From Aplysia californica (taxonomy: Eukaryota): a stretch of DNA of 64,000 nucleotides. Shown piece after piece: positions 12,101-25,433 of this stretch. A program made the translations under genes and the position numbers. Under the pieces are notes generated by a model. The model searched no databases and was not told where the DNA came from. It saw only the letters and a program-made list of their open reading frames with translations. How positions within the stretch are numbered: position 1 is the first letter of the stretch; each line of letters starts with the position of its first letter. The stretch spans positions 861,942 to 925,941 of the forward strand of contig NW_004797343.1 of NCBI RefSeq assembly GCF_000002075.1, written 5' to 3'.

Positions 12101-15100
12101 CCGTTTCATTGGGTAGGTGATAGTAAATTATATGTACAGTAGTCTCCGCCTAAGATCCCACCGCTTACGATCCCGGTTCGCTTAAGATCCCGCTGTTTTA
12201 AGAAAACAAAATTTTTACTATATAAAAGTCACCCTAAGATCCCGCTCTGATTCACTCTTAAAAAGGTCTACATTCAGCTAAGATCCTGCATTTCAGATTA
12301 TAATTTGCTGAACAAAAACTCGGGCGGGCACAGCCGATCAACCAAGGGGGAAAAGTTGAGATCAATAAACTGTCCGTCGCGTCAAAGATCAGCCACTATC
12401 GTGAATGTGATCACATACACGTTGTAAAACTTGATGAAGCGATGCAATGTTTGCCCCAGACGGGATCACACCGAGGTGTGAACTGACCGACACGTTTGTT
12501 TTCCCCACGTATCGCACTCACACCTGAGCTCTCACCCTAAACTTACATCACTCGCTGGGTAGGTAGGGCCTATACGTTCGCTCCAGGCGGGATCACATCG
12601 AATCGTGAACTCTTCCCCGACCATTGCAGCAGTTGTCTCTACTCCAGAATTTGCGAGACAGACTGAATTTTAATTGGTGTGGTTGGGGGGGGGGGGACTC
12701 GGTCAGAGATGGCAAGCTATAAATTTTCGACAGGTGAAGGGGAGGGGCAGCTGGATAAGCGTAGATCTTGAGACTCATGATAGGATAATTCGTGAAAATG
12801 GCACGCCTCATGCCACTATGCACTGTGATAGGTCTTCAAGGTTAACAACTCTTTGCTCGCCATACGTCATAAACCCACCAAGGGGTCACGTCAGTTCATT
12901 TTAGAGTAAATATTAAGTAAATATCAATTCTAATTCCAAAACATTATGTTGTGAAATGCTGGAGGGCAAGCCCCCTCCCACAAAAAAAACCCAGATTCTT
13001 TTTAGGTCAGGGGGGGCATGCCCTATAAATCCCCACATGACTATTACGAGCCCGTTCATTGGTCACTTGAAATATGGCAGTGGCAGGCGCGCGCCTCCGG
13101 TTGTTTTTCTCTCCGTTCCCCTGTAACATCGCAATGGGGATATTCCAAGGCGAGCTTGTCTAGCCTCGGAGTGTTCGCGTCTCAACGGGGAAAAGGGTTT
13201 TTTATTGAACGGCATGCTAGATTGAATTAAATTAAATTTTATGGTTGGCATGGTCTAAAGTCATCAAAGAAAGCTTTGCCATTTATTTAGTCACGATGCC
13301 AACATATATTCTTAAAGGTCTCATGTTGTGATAAGATGCAAAAATAGAATGGACTCATCCCGACACCCCTTTATCGCAATATCGTAATATTTACACCAAA
13401 ATTTTGAATTATAACATTCTACGACATGGTTAATAAATCTGACGGCAGAAATGATTTCTCCACCCAAAAACACATCGGGTAGCCAAGTTTCTTTCTAACA
13501 CTACGATAAATTACTGAGATATCGTCGATTGTCTGAAAGAATCTGCTACAGCGTGGTCCACTGTTTATAGGTACCACAAGCGAAATTTTTTTTGAACAAT
13601 ATTGATGTTTAAACCTTAGGGGTTCAAATCTACTCTATAAAACAAGAACATTAAAAAAAGAATTATAAAAATCCATCAATAAACAATCGAGATATGGTAT
13701 TTCAAAGTTTTCTTTTTGAACGATACCTTTTCAACTGCGACGTTCACCCATGTTTGAGGTGTTCTAAAATACAAAGTACATGATCAAATCAATGAAAACT
13801 TTGTTTTTCCCAGAGCTGTCAACACAAATATTGGTATCTCCAAATCAAAGTATGTTAGAATGACTGGTTTCCAAGATGTAGGCCTTCAAAATTTGAAGGG
13901 AAAAAAGCCAAATTTTGTCATTAAGAGCTCAGAACCCTATTTCAACCTCTTCCTGCCTCCTCATTAGTGAAAAGCACAATCATTACTGAAAAGCACACAA
14001 TCATTACAAATGCATGCAGGGACTTAGCTGATTTTTTTGTGACCTCTCAGACCACAAGTAACTTTTCTGGAGTCCTCTGAAGTGGGCTTCGGTGCAAAAA
14101 ACGCCTCTTGGAAGAAAATTAGGGGAATTCTGGTACATCCTCGGGCAAAAAGCATCATAACAAGTGAAAATTAAGATTTCTGCTCACGGGGTTTAAAAAT
14201 TGGAATTAAATCAAATACTGTTCTACCGTGGTTCATCTTGTATAATACAGGTCTAGTTCTAGATTTAATTATCATTTTTGCTGAGAAAGAAACCAGTGGC
14301 AGGGGAAAAATACAATGTACCATCGTGTGTCCAGTTAGTGGATTGAAGAAAGAGTGGGGGGGGAGGGGGGTTCTCCAATTATCAGGTGACATCTAAGTCT
14401 AACCAAGTCTAATACGTAAAAAGGCTGGTTGATTCAATAATTGAATATTCACCAATCAAGAAGGTAGATCTAGCCTTTTTTGTTACCAAATTAAATGCCA
14501 AACAATAGATCTACGAACATTTCCATCGGTAACACTAACACCCGGTAACCCCCTTCCGAGTGTTTAGTAGTGTGTGATGACATGTTACTATAAATAGAAC
14601 TCCCAGTTCAACTCTTCACGGCTTTATTCTTTCACTTTGTCTACCAGAGATGCTAAGATTTCGATGCGTTTAGAATAAATAAGGTGTTCTTAGTTGAAAA
14701 GACAGCAAAAATACCACCACGAAGCGATACATTTGTATAGATCGCAATTAATTCACTATGAGGTGGTGGAAATGTAGGTCGCGTGATTCCCACCAAACAA
14801 TAACAATCTATTCACACGGCAAGTGGTGGCCGATTAGTCTTATTTTTCAAAACACGATATTCATAAGTATCATAAAAGAAAATTATGATAACACTTAAAT
14901 AAATTGACGCCATAAATGTCCTGATCTATCGAATGTTTCTTTTGCTGAACCATCATATAATCGTCTGCTGGTTGGGTCAAGTCAGAGGGGGTGGCAATGG
15001 GCGATGGAACAGCCGCAATGGCAGAATGACGATCTCCCGAAAGTGGTTGTTACCCTACTTCAGAAAAAGTAATATTTCTACTTCGTGGAACATAGTTGGC

Positions 15101-18100
15101 TTTTCTAAACACATAAACTAGATGGTAGAGATGTCTAGGAATATGATCCTGGCACGGATAGCCCGATTTGTGTTGAATTTCATATTTTAAAATGCTTTTT
15201 CCGTCTTAACATCGTACCACTCATGCTTTCCGCTCGGAATAAAAACATAAACATGATAGACTGATTTCAACTGTGTCAACGAAACCCAAAAATAACATAC
15301 AAACTGAAAACGACGGTCGATTCTGCATTTGATCAGAACTCTCTTTCTTTCCCCTCAGGACACGTGTGTTGGCTTCGTTCTTGGTGGCGTTGGGGAGCTG
15401 AACAAAACCAAACAGTCAAACTACATGGTTGTGGATAAAAGTGAGTTCCTGTAGTCAAAATTCTGTTTTTATTTTATGGGCCTTGTAGCCATTGAGGTAA
15501 GTTGATTGGACTCATCCACGCAAACATTTCACCTTAGTTATATTACAGTACAGTGGAGTCTGTTTTACCATTTAGAACCTAGAGCAGCGTTGGGCGGAGT
15601 TGATTTGCACCTAGACCGGCGTTGCACAGCGTATCAGTTGCCAAACATGCGAGACTGCCTTTGTATGCACATATTTCTGAGGTCGAGGAAGAATGTTGAC
15701 GGAAAACGAGACCGTAAAGTGAAATTAAAGTTGATTTTCTTTCTTTGAGTGTTTGAATGGTCGAAGTTAACCCAAAAATAATATGTGTGTGTGTGAATGA
15801 GGGTGGGATGGAGTTGAAACTTGGACAATTGGAAGGAAACTTTGAAAATACTTTAAAATTCGTCCCGTGAAGTGATCTCAACCTTATGTACTAGTGGAGC
15901 TGGGTTGTTTTTTTTATTTGACGAAATAGATGGGTATCGAATGAAAACCCGATAGTCAACTGTAAAGGGCCCTTTGGAAGCAATATTCTTTTCCAAAAAC
16001 AGTTGCCTTTTTCCCCCATTTGTTTTGTCAAAACATTTTTTTAACATAGTATTTCGGGACATACTGTTGGACTATTGCCTCAGAGCAAAATGGTTAAACT
16101 GAAATGTGCCTGCTGGACCGTCAGATTTGCAGAGAGGTTGCTCCAATAAATTTTTAAAAGCTGGAGCTGTACATGGTAGGCCTAGGGGGCCTACGTGGTA
16201 ATTGGTTGTTTCAGGTTTTTCACGTGCCCATGGCAAACGCCCAAGGCAAATCTAGATGAGTCAAGACTGGCCACAACTTGTGCAGACTCTGGTCTCCCCC
16301 AGTCTACGACTTTTCAAGATGGCAATCGGTGCTATTCTATTGTACTGCCAGCCCCGTTGTACCGCCAACTTCATGCCCGTCCCAAAGTGGGTGGCGTAAC
16401 AGGGTTTCCCTGTACAGTGGAGTCCACTCATAACGAGTCCGGAAAAAACGAGAAGTCTGTTATAAAGGCACTATTCTAAAACCGCAGGTTTTTTCCTCTT
16501 TACCAGGTGTAAATAAAATACTGCTTTCACGCTATCAGACAAACATGCGAGTCAATTATAGCGGGATATTGCAGCTGCTGTGCACAGCGCACAGGCCAAT
16601 TATACATAATGCAAAACCTCTCCAGTTGAGAAACTTGTTTCTGATCTTGCAAAACAAAGAATAGGAGAGCCCATGTGCGTCAACAATGAAGGCCGGAGTA
16701 ACTGAGTAGGGAGGGTGTGGTGGGGTGGGGGAAAACACAGCGGGCGAGTTAGCCTAGAGCCCTTTCTTTCTGATCGCCAACGCCGAGCTGTCAGTCAACA
16801 TAGCTAGATCTAGCGTTGGAGAAAGAAACCTGATTTGATTTTTTATCAAGTAAGACCTAGGGGTCATGTTGGAACAAAATCATCATCAGGGCAGATAGCA
16901 AAGGGAAATAAACAGAACATCAAACTCATAGATAGGCATACTTTACAGTTTCCCTTGAATCCTGCTATAACAGACATTTTGCTTTGGTCCCCTTCCTTTC
17001 GTTATAACAGGATTCCGCTGTACTAATGTAATGGTGGTGTAACAGAAACTGCTTGTACATCACTTTACGGACAGCTGATGAAATAATTATCTTTTGAATT
17101 AAAATGCTGTGTTGCCCAGTTTTTCATATTACTTTGCTTTTAGCTTTATTAATGCATTGTTATTTTTTTTTCCATTGATTCCTCAGACTCCAGCATTGGA
17201 GAGATTGAAGAAACATTCAGGAGTTTTCTCAGACGTGAAGACATCGGAATCGTTCTCATCAATCAAAATGTGAGGGTTTTTTTTACTTTTTGTACTGCAG
17301 CAACGGGTCCAGTTTTTGTTTTTAAGCAGAATAATACAATATGTTTTCTTTTTTCTAATGTTCTTCCTCTAATACTTTGCCATCACATGGCTCATATATA
17401 GTTAAACACCCTTGCCCATCACAAGCATTTTGGGTGGAATCCAAGAAAACTGGGTGGTATACATCACCAATCGGTGTTTTGTTACAGGGGTGGAGGTTTG
17501 GCATTCTGGCCAATCGACGAGATGTGACAGCAAAGTGTTAATCTCAGCTTAGTGCTTTGGCTTATTGGCTATTGATGAAGTGGACATGCTGATTTTCATG
17601 GGGGGAACCCATATTAAGTCAGTTTCTTTTCCTCCTAGAAAAGTTTTTTTTACTGCCTGTCTCTAATCAATGATCAAGACATTAAATTCTCCCTGTGGGT
17701 GGCTGGTAGGTGTGTTATTCTTCTTCTTCTCTGCATATATCTATCCCCCATGTCATATCTTTCCTTCTCCTTTTCTTTTTACGTTACTCTCCAGTAACAC
17801 CTCTAATCTTGGTCACTTATGACCTCTGTTTGTGTTGCAAACGCCATTAAACTTGTATTAGAATAAGCTACATTATGTTTTCCTAAGCTACCTAACCTGT
17901 TCTGTTTCTTGAGGAGCTTTACACACTTGCAAAAACAAAACCGTCTGTAGTGTAATTATGGGTGATTAGCAGGTGCTCTAGTGTGGTTTTTTCTCCTGCT
18001 TCCCTATCAAACATCTATCTTGCTTGTCTCTCCACCTTTTTTTGTGTACGTTACTCTCTTGTAACATCTCTAATCTTTGGCACTTATATGACCTTTATTT

Positions 18101-21100
18101 GTGTTGCAAGCGCCATAAAACTAAAACTAAACTAAATTATGCTTTACTTTCTAAATGACCTGTTGTGTCTCGCAGGGCACTACACGCTTGCCAAAATAAA
18201 CCCTTCTCTTACTCAAACTTAAATAAATGAATCAACAAGGCTTGATTTTCTACTTCAGGTAGCTGAGATGATCCGCCACGTCATCGACGCCCATGACCTT
18301 CCTATTCCCGCGGTGCTGGAGATTCCGAGCAAAGATGCACCCTATGACCCTTCCAAGGACTCCATTCTGAGGAGAGCAAAGGTATGCTTAAGGCCACACA
18401 CAGGTTTTTGGCGTCCAGTTAGGGTCCAAACATTGTTTTTTTGGGTTTTAAGAAACTTCACTTGAAAATTATGTGCAACATCAGATGGAAGTACTCCCAA
18501 AGTTTGAAACATTGTGAGCCAATACAGTGCTTCAGAGAAATTTTGATGTTTTTGCTCCTTTCCTCTACATGTTCGTTTCTAGGCTTTAAAGGTTTACTTT
18601 TACTTTTGTCCGCCGCTCATAATACCCTTTTTTTGGTGTCGCGAGAAGAAAGGGACATCTCTCTGCCACCAGCCGGAGAGCTTGAGTCAGGGGCAGAGTG
18701 TCCAGCAAGGTCGTAAAGTCGTATATTTGGCTCACTGGTGGTAAATGATAGTAAATGTGCTGTGAAGATAGTAAACATTTATTGGTGAACAGTCGTAAAT
18801 TAACCTGTGTACAGAGTGATGAAGCCAGCAAGACTTCAGCGAATAGAGTCGTAGCCATGGTACTCAGCGATTACCAAGTCCCATCTTTTGTCAAAGTAGT
18901 ACAACGATCTTTGAGTAGTAGGTCTATCAGTATCGTGGAACTACCTATCAAAACTAACAAAAGGACAATGATGCCTAAACTTCCACTCAAACAACACAGG
19001 AACTGACAACGCAGATTTCACTTACGACGAACTAATCTCATGCATCTCAGACCTGGGCAATACAGCCTCAGGTCTGGATGACATCCACAGCAAGATCATT
19101 AGACACTTACCCACAGAAACACTTACACTCCTACTAGACATACAACGTCATGTGGTGGTCGCACTTCTTTCCGGGGTCTTGGCGTCTCGCCACTGTCATT
19201 CCAATACCCTAACTTAACAAAGACCACACACACACATCCAATTACAGACCAATAACACGAACGAGCTGTCTATACGAACTTATAGAGAAAATAATTCACT
19301 GGTGACTCATGTGGTTTCTGGAGATGACAGGCTCGCTGACCAGTCTCCAGTGCGGATTCAGGAAAACCCGATCCACTCTGGATCAACTGGTCCACCTGGA
19401 GACCTTTCATGGGTCTCAATATTCCGCGGATTTCCGCTACCGCCATTTCCTCCGCTAAACTCCTCTACCGCGATAGCTGGCCAATCAGAAAGAGTTGCTG
19501 GGAGCAAGGTGACTGCCAGGCCCCGGGAATTTGAAAAAAATAGCTGAGACCCAAGAAAATACATAGAAGATCTCGAATATTTGGAAACCAATTCCGATAT
19601 AGTCTTTAAGCTCATTTTTGCTGGTCGCGATTTTGATATTCATTCGGCTTTTCCCGGTCTTAAAGTAAGTTTCACGCGGAAAGGCGGCTAGCGGAATTGT
19701 TTGTGACACCGAGGCTCCACCAGAAAATCAAGATCTACTTTCGTTTTCGTTACCACACAGAAATTTGTCAGTGCTTTTACTTTACCTTTACTTTTTCATC
19801 CTCTGTTGCTGTTAAGCGTCAAGGGGAGATGCAGTTTTCTATAGTAGGCCAGCTCCGCAGCTCTTTCAGTTATGTTATATTTTCTTAGGGTTTCCTTGAC
19901 ATCCTCGATCCACCTTTTGCGTGGCCTTCCTCTTCCTTTATAGCCTGAGTGCTTGGTGTTGTAGGCTCTCAAGGCTGGCTGGTCAGGTGACATGCGTAAC
20001 AGGTGGCCAAACCATTTTATCCTCTGTCTTTCTATGTAACTCAGGCAGGACTCGGTGCCGATAGCTGCTATTACTTCTTCATTTCTCTGCCTGTCTCGTC
20101 TTGTGATGTTACGGGTTTAGCGGAGACGTTTCATTTCACATGCGGTGATTTTGCTTTCATGGGTTTTACTTAACCTTCAAAGAATCGCGAGTACGCGAGC
20201 GCTCGTGGAAATGTGGTGGAACACTGACTGAAACGGTACAGTGTCATGTCAACGGAACAGTATCATAACTACGCCACTAGGCGAGCGCGAGTCCCACTCT
20301 TGTTCCACCATCCTCTCCGCCCCACACCCTTTGTTGCGCTGCTCTATCAACTGACCTCAATCAGTGACCCCCATAAATTCACACACCCCCCCCCCCCGGT
20401 TTCAACCCCATGATTTGCTAAAACAATGGCTCCATAAAATTACTTCTGCCTATTGGTCGTTCATTTTGTTTTAATAGGGGGGTTGGACTATACCATCTTT
20501 TGTCAAATAAGGGGAGCCGTACTAAGTGTTCCGTTCCGTTCTTGCGCTCATGACTCGACTCAGCAGTTGGTTAAACAAGCCAAAAGGTGGTGACAGCGAC
20601 AGGAGAGTGAATCGGGAATCGTTTGGCTATACTGTTCCGCGTTCCGCTGAGGTGAATTGTGAATTGCATTCCGCAGCCAAGAGTGGCGATTCAGTTCCGT
20701 TCTCGCGCTCGCGACCCAGGTCTACTCCCTAGAATCCTGAATTAAAAGTGAGATACTAGAAAAAACTAGGTTGGTTCATTGTTTTGTTTACTGTGTCTTT
20801 AATTGTTGTTAGATTTTACTGAAGTTTGAAAATGTTATTTATATATGAATGCACAGTCTGAACAAAAGGGGAAAAGGTTAAAACACTGGTTTGTAGGGCC
20901 AACTCAATGAGTTAAGTCATGTGTGTGATCCCCGACTTCACTTCAGTCAAAGTATCTTTGGACCCAGCCGTAGATCTAGCCTCAGGCAGCTTTAGTGGTG
21001 ATCCCCTGCCAATTCCACTGTCGTCAAAATCAACAGCAATGTTATGCGGAACATTGCAATCGTCTTCAACGGTCATATTTATCTATATATCCGACTTGGG

Positions 21101-23713
21101 GAGGTCATTATTGGGGTCTTGTTCAGGAGCAAAAATGTCAAAAATTTTGCAGCCCTGCGAAAAGATACTGATTTTTCTTCAAAACTCGCCAAATTTTTTA
21201 ACTTTCGGTGTAGAAATGCTCTCATGGCATTATCGGTACTTTCTGCTCGCGACAGAGTCATCAGGAGTTATTGACAGAATAAAGTGTTTGCGTTTCATTG
21301 GATGGGTGATAGTAAATTATAATTATATTTTTTTTAGCTTTCTGTTCAAGATTGGCAGATTTTCAGTGTCACTGCACCTTGACCTCTCTCAGTTCTTACA
21401 CCTCTCACACTGATTAGCCATTCAAGTTATCGCTCTACTTTGAGTTTGAGCAATAATTTTTGTCTTTCACGTTTATAATATATGAATCATGACAACAAGA
21501 TTGGTTCTTGGCAGTCGATTTTCTGGTTCTAGGCCCTTTCACAGGCTCAAAGCAGGATTCATTTGTATTATACAGTTCATATATTTTTTATTAAATGATG
21601 AGGGGAAAATATAAATAAGAAAATATATAACAATTAACAAGTAAGAACAGACTGAAATACGTAAGTCACACAAGACTCCAGTTCCACACTGAAATTTTGT
21701 TTACTTGATACATGTATAAATATTGGCTACACACTTGTTCATGTGTGTGTCTGTGTGTATTACATATATTTAAATAGAGCATGTGCTGTCATTGTTATGG
21801 CGAGGAAATGAGCCTGGTACTAGAAGGGAATCCTGTCCCCGTATAGTGTCAAATCCGGTTGCAGTACACGTCTGCCCGATCGGCAGAAGTGCACTGAAGG
21901 CACTGCAACCGTTTTGACGAGGAAAACTTGAAGCCGTTATTATTTGCCCACTTTTCAAATTTGTGCAGCTGCTTTTCCATAGACCTTAGTTGAGGATTTT
22001 TCAAGCAGCAGCATATGTATCAGGAAGTTGTCAACGTTATAACGAGCTGTCTATGCTATTTTGGAGGGTCTTAACAATGGAATCTATTTTAATTTCGAAT
22101 AGGAGAGGAGACAGGATGCTTCCCTACGTAACACCTTCCTTCTGTTGGTGGACCCAGTATGGTATTGACATGGCACCGGAGTCCGTAGAAAATTCTCCTA
22201 ACAAATCTTTCATCTTATCTGACTCTCTGTCTTGCATCACCTCACTTACAAACTACACACTCTTGGTCCCAAAAATAGTTAGGTTACAAAAATGTAATAC
22301 ACGCTTTGGCTGAAACCGGGAAAAATATCGTGTTCACGTGGCTACCTGGCCATGTAGGCATCCGAGGAAAGTGGACCTGCTGGCGAAAGAATCCTTGTCC
22401 CTTCTATTGGGATCAACGACAAACACTCTCCCATAGACTGACTTTAAAAATAAAGTCAAAAACTACACCTCCAGTCTGTGGGAGACTCATTGGAAAAAAC
22501 AAGAAAACAACAAACTACAAAACATTAAGCCCAAACTGGGTCCACGAAAACCTTCGGGCCTCCCCAGATGAGTCGACGAAGTCATTTTTACTCGATTACG
22601 CATCGGACACACGTCCCTCACACATAAAATGCAGTTGTGAGCGCCGTAAAAATTCTTACTAAAACAATAAATACCTCCTTCCGGGAGATGAGAAGCCGTT
22701 CTGTATCGGATGCGCCACTGATTTTACCTTTAGACATATTTTAACAGAATGTCTAGACTTCGGAGAGACCCGAAGGAAATATTTTAGATTTAAAAATTGC
22801 AAGATCTGTTTTCTGTCGTTGATCCCGACAGAATGCTGGATTTTATGAAGGCCATTGACACTGTAATTAGTATTACAATTTTTATGTTATTTAAAAAAGT
22901 TATTTTAAATAAAAAATTTATTTACACCAAATTTTATTATTTTAGCAGTTTAGTGGAGGTGTTGACCAGAACTGGGCTGTGCAATGTGCTGTTGCGAGAG
23001 AGCCAACTTTTTTTCGCGCGCTCATTTGACTTTATGCCGTTGCGAGCGCCGTAAGACTCTTACTAAAACACACAGGCTTCGGAGATACCCGAATAAAGTA
23101 TTTTAAATACAACAAATTGCAAAATCTGTTTTCTGTCATTAATCCCAACAGAGTATTTGATTTTATAAAGGCCATTGGCCTTAACGGAAAGTTGTGTAAA
23201 ACGTTAAAAAATTTTAATGTTATTTAAAAAGTTATTTTAAATTAAGAATTTATTTACATCAAATTTTTAGCATTTTAACCTTTTAATTAGAAATACTGAC
23301 CAAAATCAGGCCATGCGGTGATCTATTGCGAATAAATTTTTTAAATTGTTTCTCGCGCTCATATGACCTTATGCAGTTGCAAGTGCCGCAAAACCCTTAC
23401 TAATCAAACAAAGAGAGCAGCTCCAGTTGTGCTTTGTAGAACGAGTTGTACTAGTATGTGCAGGTGGTTGGTGGGGTGCTCTGGTGTGGTTTGCTCCTTC
23501 TGTCCCATCAAACATGTATCACTCATATCTTTCTTCCTTTTTTATGTTAGTTACTCTCTTGTAACACCTCTAATCTTCCACAAGATTTATATTACCTTTT
23601 TGTGTTGCAAGTGCCGTAAAACTCTTATTGAAGCTTAAAGTACTTGTATAATCTCATTGTCATGTTTTTGTTTTTCTCTTCAGGGCATGTTCTCAAGTGA
23701 AGACTTCCGGTGA
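7079..23713 (+). CDS. ATP6V1F: V-type proton ATPase subunit F, spliced gene: join(7079-7129,15359-15440,17187-17269,18259-18381,23684-23713), 122 aa
   Basis: Joined exons read [122 protein letters not shown]. All introns are GT-AG with compatible phases (0,1,0,0). Hallmark motifs IAVIGDEDT..GF.LGG and [20 protein letters not shown] are present. Confidence 0.97.
7656..7884 (-). mobile_element. Partial inverted copy of the element C end
   Basis: Begins ggaagtggctattctcacccggggtgagaat, the reverse complement of ~5595-5838. Confidence 0.8.
8057..10555. mobile_element. Non-autonomous DNA transposon, GGCC...CACTTCG ends, 9-bp TSD (element A, copy 1), containing nested element B
   Basis: TSD tttgaagat at 8048-8056 and 10556-10564; repeated palindrome TTATTCGGACTCGAGTCCGAATAA at both ends. 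Confidence 0.88.
8395..9930. mobile_element. Nested GGCC...CACTTCG element B with ~39-bp subterminal tandem repeats
   Basis: A-runs on both sides (A9-type TSD); palindrome CTATTTCTCCGAACGTTCGGAGAAATAG; the empty site is visible in element A copy 2 near 39560. Confidence 0.82.
10757..11180. repeat. Degenerate TTAGGG-like tracts and ~55-bp GC-rich tandem repeats (aatcccatgggg...cttgcccccctattt); probable subterminal arm of the Merlin element
   Basis: About 5 imperfect units directly visible; a partial inverted counterpart at ~12920-13040. Confidence 0.65.
11218..11787 (-). mobile_element. Merlin / IS1595(ISXO2)-like DDE transposase, catalytic domain (N-terminally truncated)
   Basis: [31 protein letters not shown]...Y, H..NFVDP.TG.HTNTIES.W...K, HLAEY.W are typical IS1595/Merlin motifs. 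Confidence 0.92.
12137..12900. mobile_element. Tc1/pogo-type MITE (CAGTAGTCTCCGCCTAAGATCC TIR), truncated
   Basis: TA|CAGT terminus; homologous to 46770-47497 and 60046-60790. Confidence 0.75.
15359..15440 (+). CDS. ATP6V1F: ATP6V1F exon 2 ([27 protein letters not shown])
   Basis: Polypyrimidine tract plus cag acceptor; donor gtgagt; conserved sequence. Confidence 0.95.
16415..17020. mobile_element. Tc1/pogo-type MITE (CAGTGGAGTCC...GGATTCCGCTG), TA TSD
   Basis: TIRs flanked by TA; longer copy at 40351-41153. Confidence 0.8.
17187..17269 (+). CDS. ATP6V1F: ATP6V1F exon 3 ([28 protein letters not shown])
   Basis: ttcctcag acceptor, gtgagg donor, phase 1 to 0, conserved EIEETF..F..R.DI.I.LINQ. 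Confidence 0.95.
17695..18205 (+). repeat. Two tandem copies of a short retroposon-like repeat ending tgacc...gttgcaagcgccataaaact(aaaact)n
   Basis: Same family at ~23460-23635 and ~28103-28267; tail resembles the Nimb/I LINE tail. Confidence 0.55.
18259..18381 (+). CDS. ATP6V1F: ATP6V1F exon 4 (VAEMIRH...SILRRAK)
   Basis: ttcag acceptor, gtatgc donor; overlaps track ORF 18268-18465. Confidence 0.96.
19010..19410 (+). pseudogene. Degraded Nimb/I-clade LINE reverse transcriptase fragment
   Basis: Frameshifted [18 protein letters not shown]...SNYRPI..TSC and [20 protein letters not shown]. Confidence 0.7.
19775..20172 (-). mobile_element. 3' fragment of an RTE LINE related to 53945-57140
   Basis: [26 protein letters not shown]...GRGRPRKRW and an (AAAGT)n-type tail. 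Confidence 0.8.
21985..23405 (+). mobile_element. Degraded Nimb/I-clade LINE 3' region (inverted RT piece, RNase H, duplicated 3' tail)
   Basis: [32 protein letters not shown]....T.RHIL.EC; tail catatgaccttatgcagttgcaagtgccg. Confidence 0.78.
23684..23713 (+). CDS. ATP6V1F: ATP6V1F exon 5 (GMFSSEDFR*)
   Basis: Long T-rich tract plus cag acceptor; typical C-terminus ending in TGA. Confidence 0.9.
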   Translation, partial: GMFSSEDFR

Positions 23714-25360
23714 GGCAGACGATGCGGTTAGGATCTACTTCAAAATTCCCTATGTTTTACTTCATCTTACAGTGACCCTGTATTGTAACATATGTAAGCA
23801 GTACCATGATGAACACACTGTAGGTGTCATTCATTCATTCCTTCCCTCATTGGTTTCTCTTTTGTATATGAGGTAATGCTTGGTTTATAAACAACATTTA
23901 GCCAGTGTGTATAGAAAATTTAAAAAAACAGAATTTTAGTGTTACGTGTCTAGTCATGTAGAATGTAAATGTCAGTCGTACTCTTGTTTTGAGTGACTAT
24001 CAGAGAGAGAGAGAAAGAGAGAGAGATGGTTTATTATGTGATATGTACAGGTTTAGTTGATTTTTTGTTGCATGAACAGCTGTCCTCGGAAGAGTTAACT
24101 ATTGTACTCCTTTGTTTATGTCATGGATAGTTTTGTCTGTCCAGAGTATTTGTACTAAATGTTTTCTTAGGTGATACTTCTGATACTTTACAAATGAACG
24201 TTTAACAGAAATTCTAAGCATAGGTGTGTGAAAGAGATTTGAAACTGTATTAAGTTTCGACTGGTCAGCGTAAGACTCCGTCATACGTCACTTTTCAAAA
24301 TGGGGTATAATATTATTTGTTTGTTTATAAGCATTTATTTGTATTTTGATGAATGAAAAAGTTGGTTCTCTTTTATTTCTACTGCATTCATTGTATTGTT
24401 TTGAACAAAATAGATTTCCAGCCCTCACTTGTCTATCTGTCAATTTGAAAAAAAGTTTGGTGACCCCTGTTGTAGAATTCATTGATCAGAATATGATACC
24501 TAGATGTCTAGTCTGATATATTTGTGTGTTCACATCACATTTACAGATAACAGAGTTCACTACTGCAAGTGACAGAATGTGTGAGTGGGACAGTTTTTGT
24601 GTTTGGTAAAAAATGATGGATAAAAAAAAAATGTTCCAGTTGTGAGTTGTGATTGATGGTAACGTAAAGGTTATAATCCACTTTGTTTTTTTAAGAATAC
24701 AATTGCATTCTTTACTAATTTACTGTTGAAAAGAATGTTGTTTGCACAATTAACCACAATGTTTTCAGTTTGTGTATCCTGATAGACATTGTTTAGTAAG
24801 TTGCTGCATGATCACATCTCATTCTCGATTTTGGTTTTAATTAGTAATAGCAACTAAATTTGGTTCATCATTAATTATTGCCGTTAAGTCGTATTTGTTG
24901 TAAGTCAAAGGATTAGCTGAATAAAAGCATGTGGCACAAAAGAATATTCATAATGTGAATTCTATGCATTGATGAACCTTACCTGAACTATTTATAATTC
25001 ATTGGAGGCTTTTGTTATAAAGTATAGTGTAAACTGACATAGAATTACTTGTTATCATTCTTCAAATTTGATTAACAGAGAAAAAGTCCAGTCTAAAGTC
25101 TGTATTATTTTTTTTTAATCTTTTGAAGTGAATTTACTTTGATCAGATCTCTCTTAACTGATTGTCTGCTCACTGCATAATGATTTATTTCATAGACAGG
25201 GCTAATGTTTTGTGCTGGTAGTTCATCTGGAATTTTTGCGTTTCACTGTCTCTGGCATTTGATAATGATCTGGCAATGTCTGTGTTTAAATGTAGAGAGG
25301 GATGCTTTTTTTAGTGGTGACTGAATGGTATAATTTCCAATAAAATTTTTGTCTCTGTAG
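23714..25360 (+). other. Probable ATP6V1F 3' UTR with candidate polyadenylation signals AATAAA at 24920-24925 and 25339-25344
   Basis: AT/GT-rich, repeat-poor stretch after the stop codon; the 25339 hexamer is followed by a GT/T-rich tract. Confidence 0.5.
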
Positions 25361-25433
25361 TAATGTTGTTTACTTTTTCTGTTGCTTTATACTTTTTAAT
25401 TGGTCAGGGTCGGTCAGATTTTCTTTCATTGGG

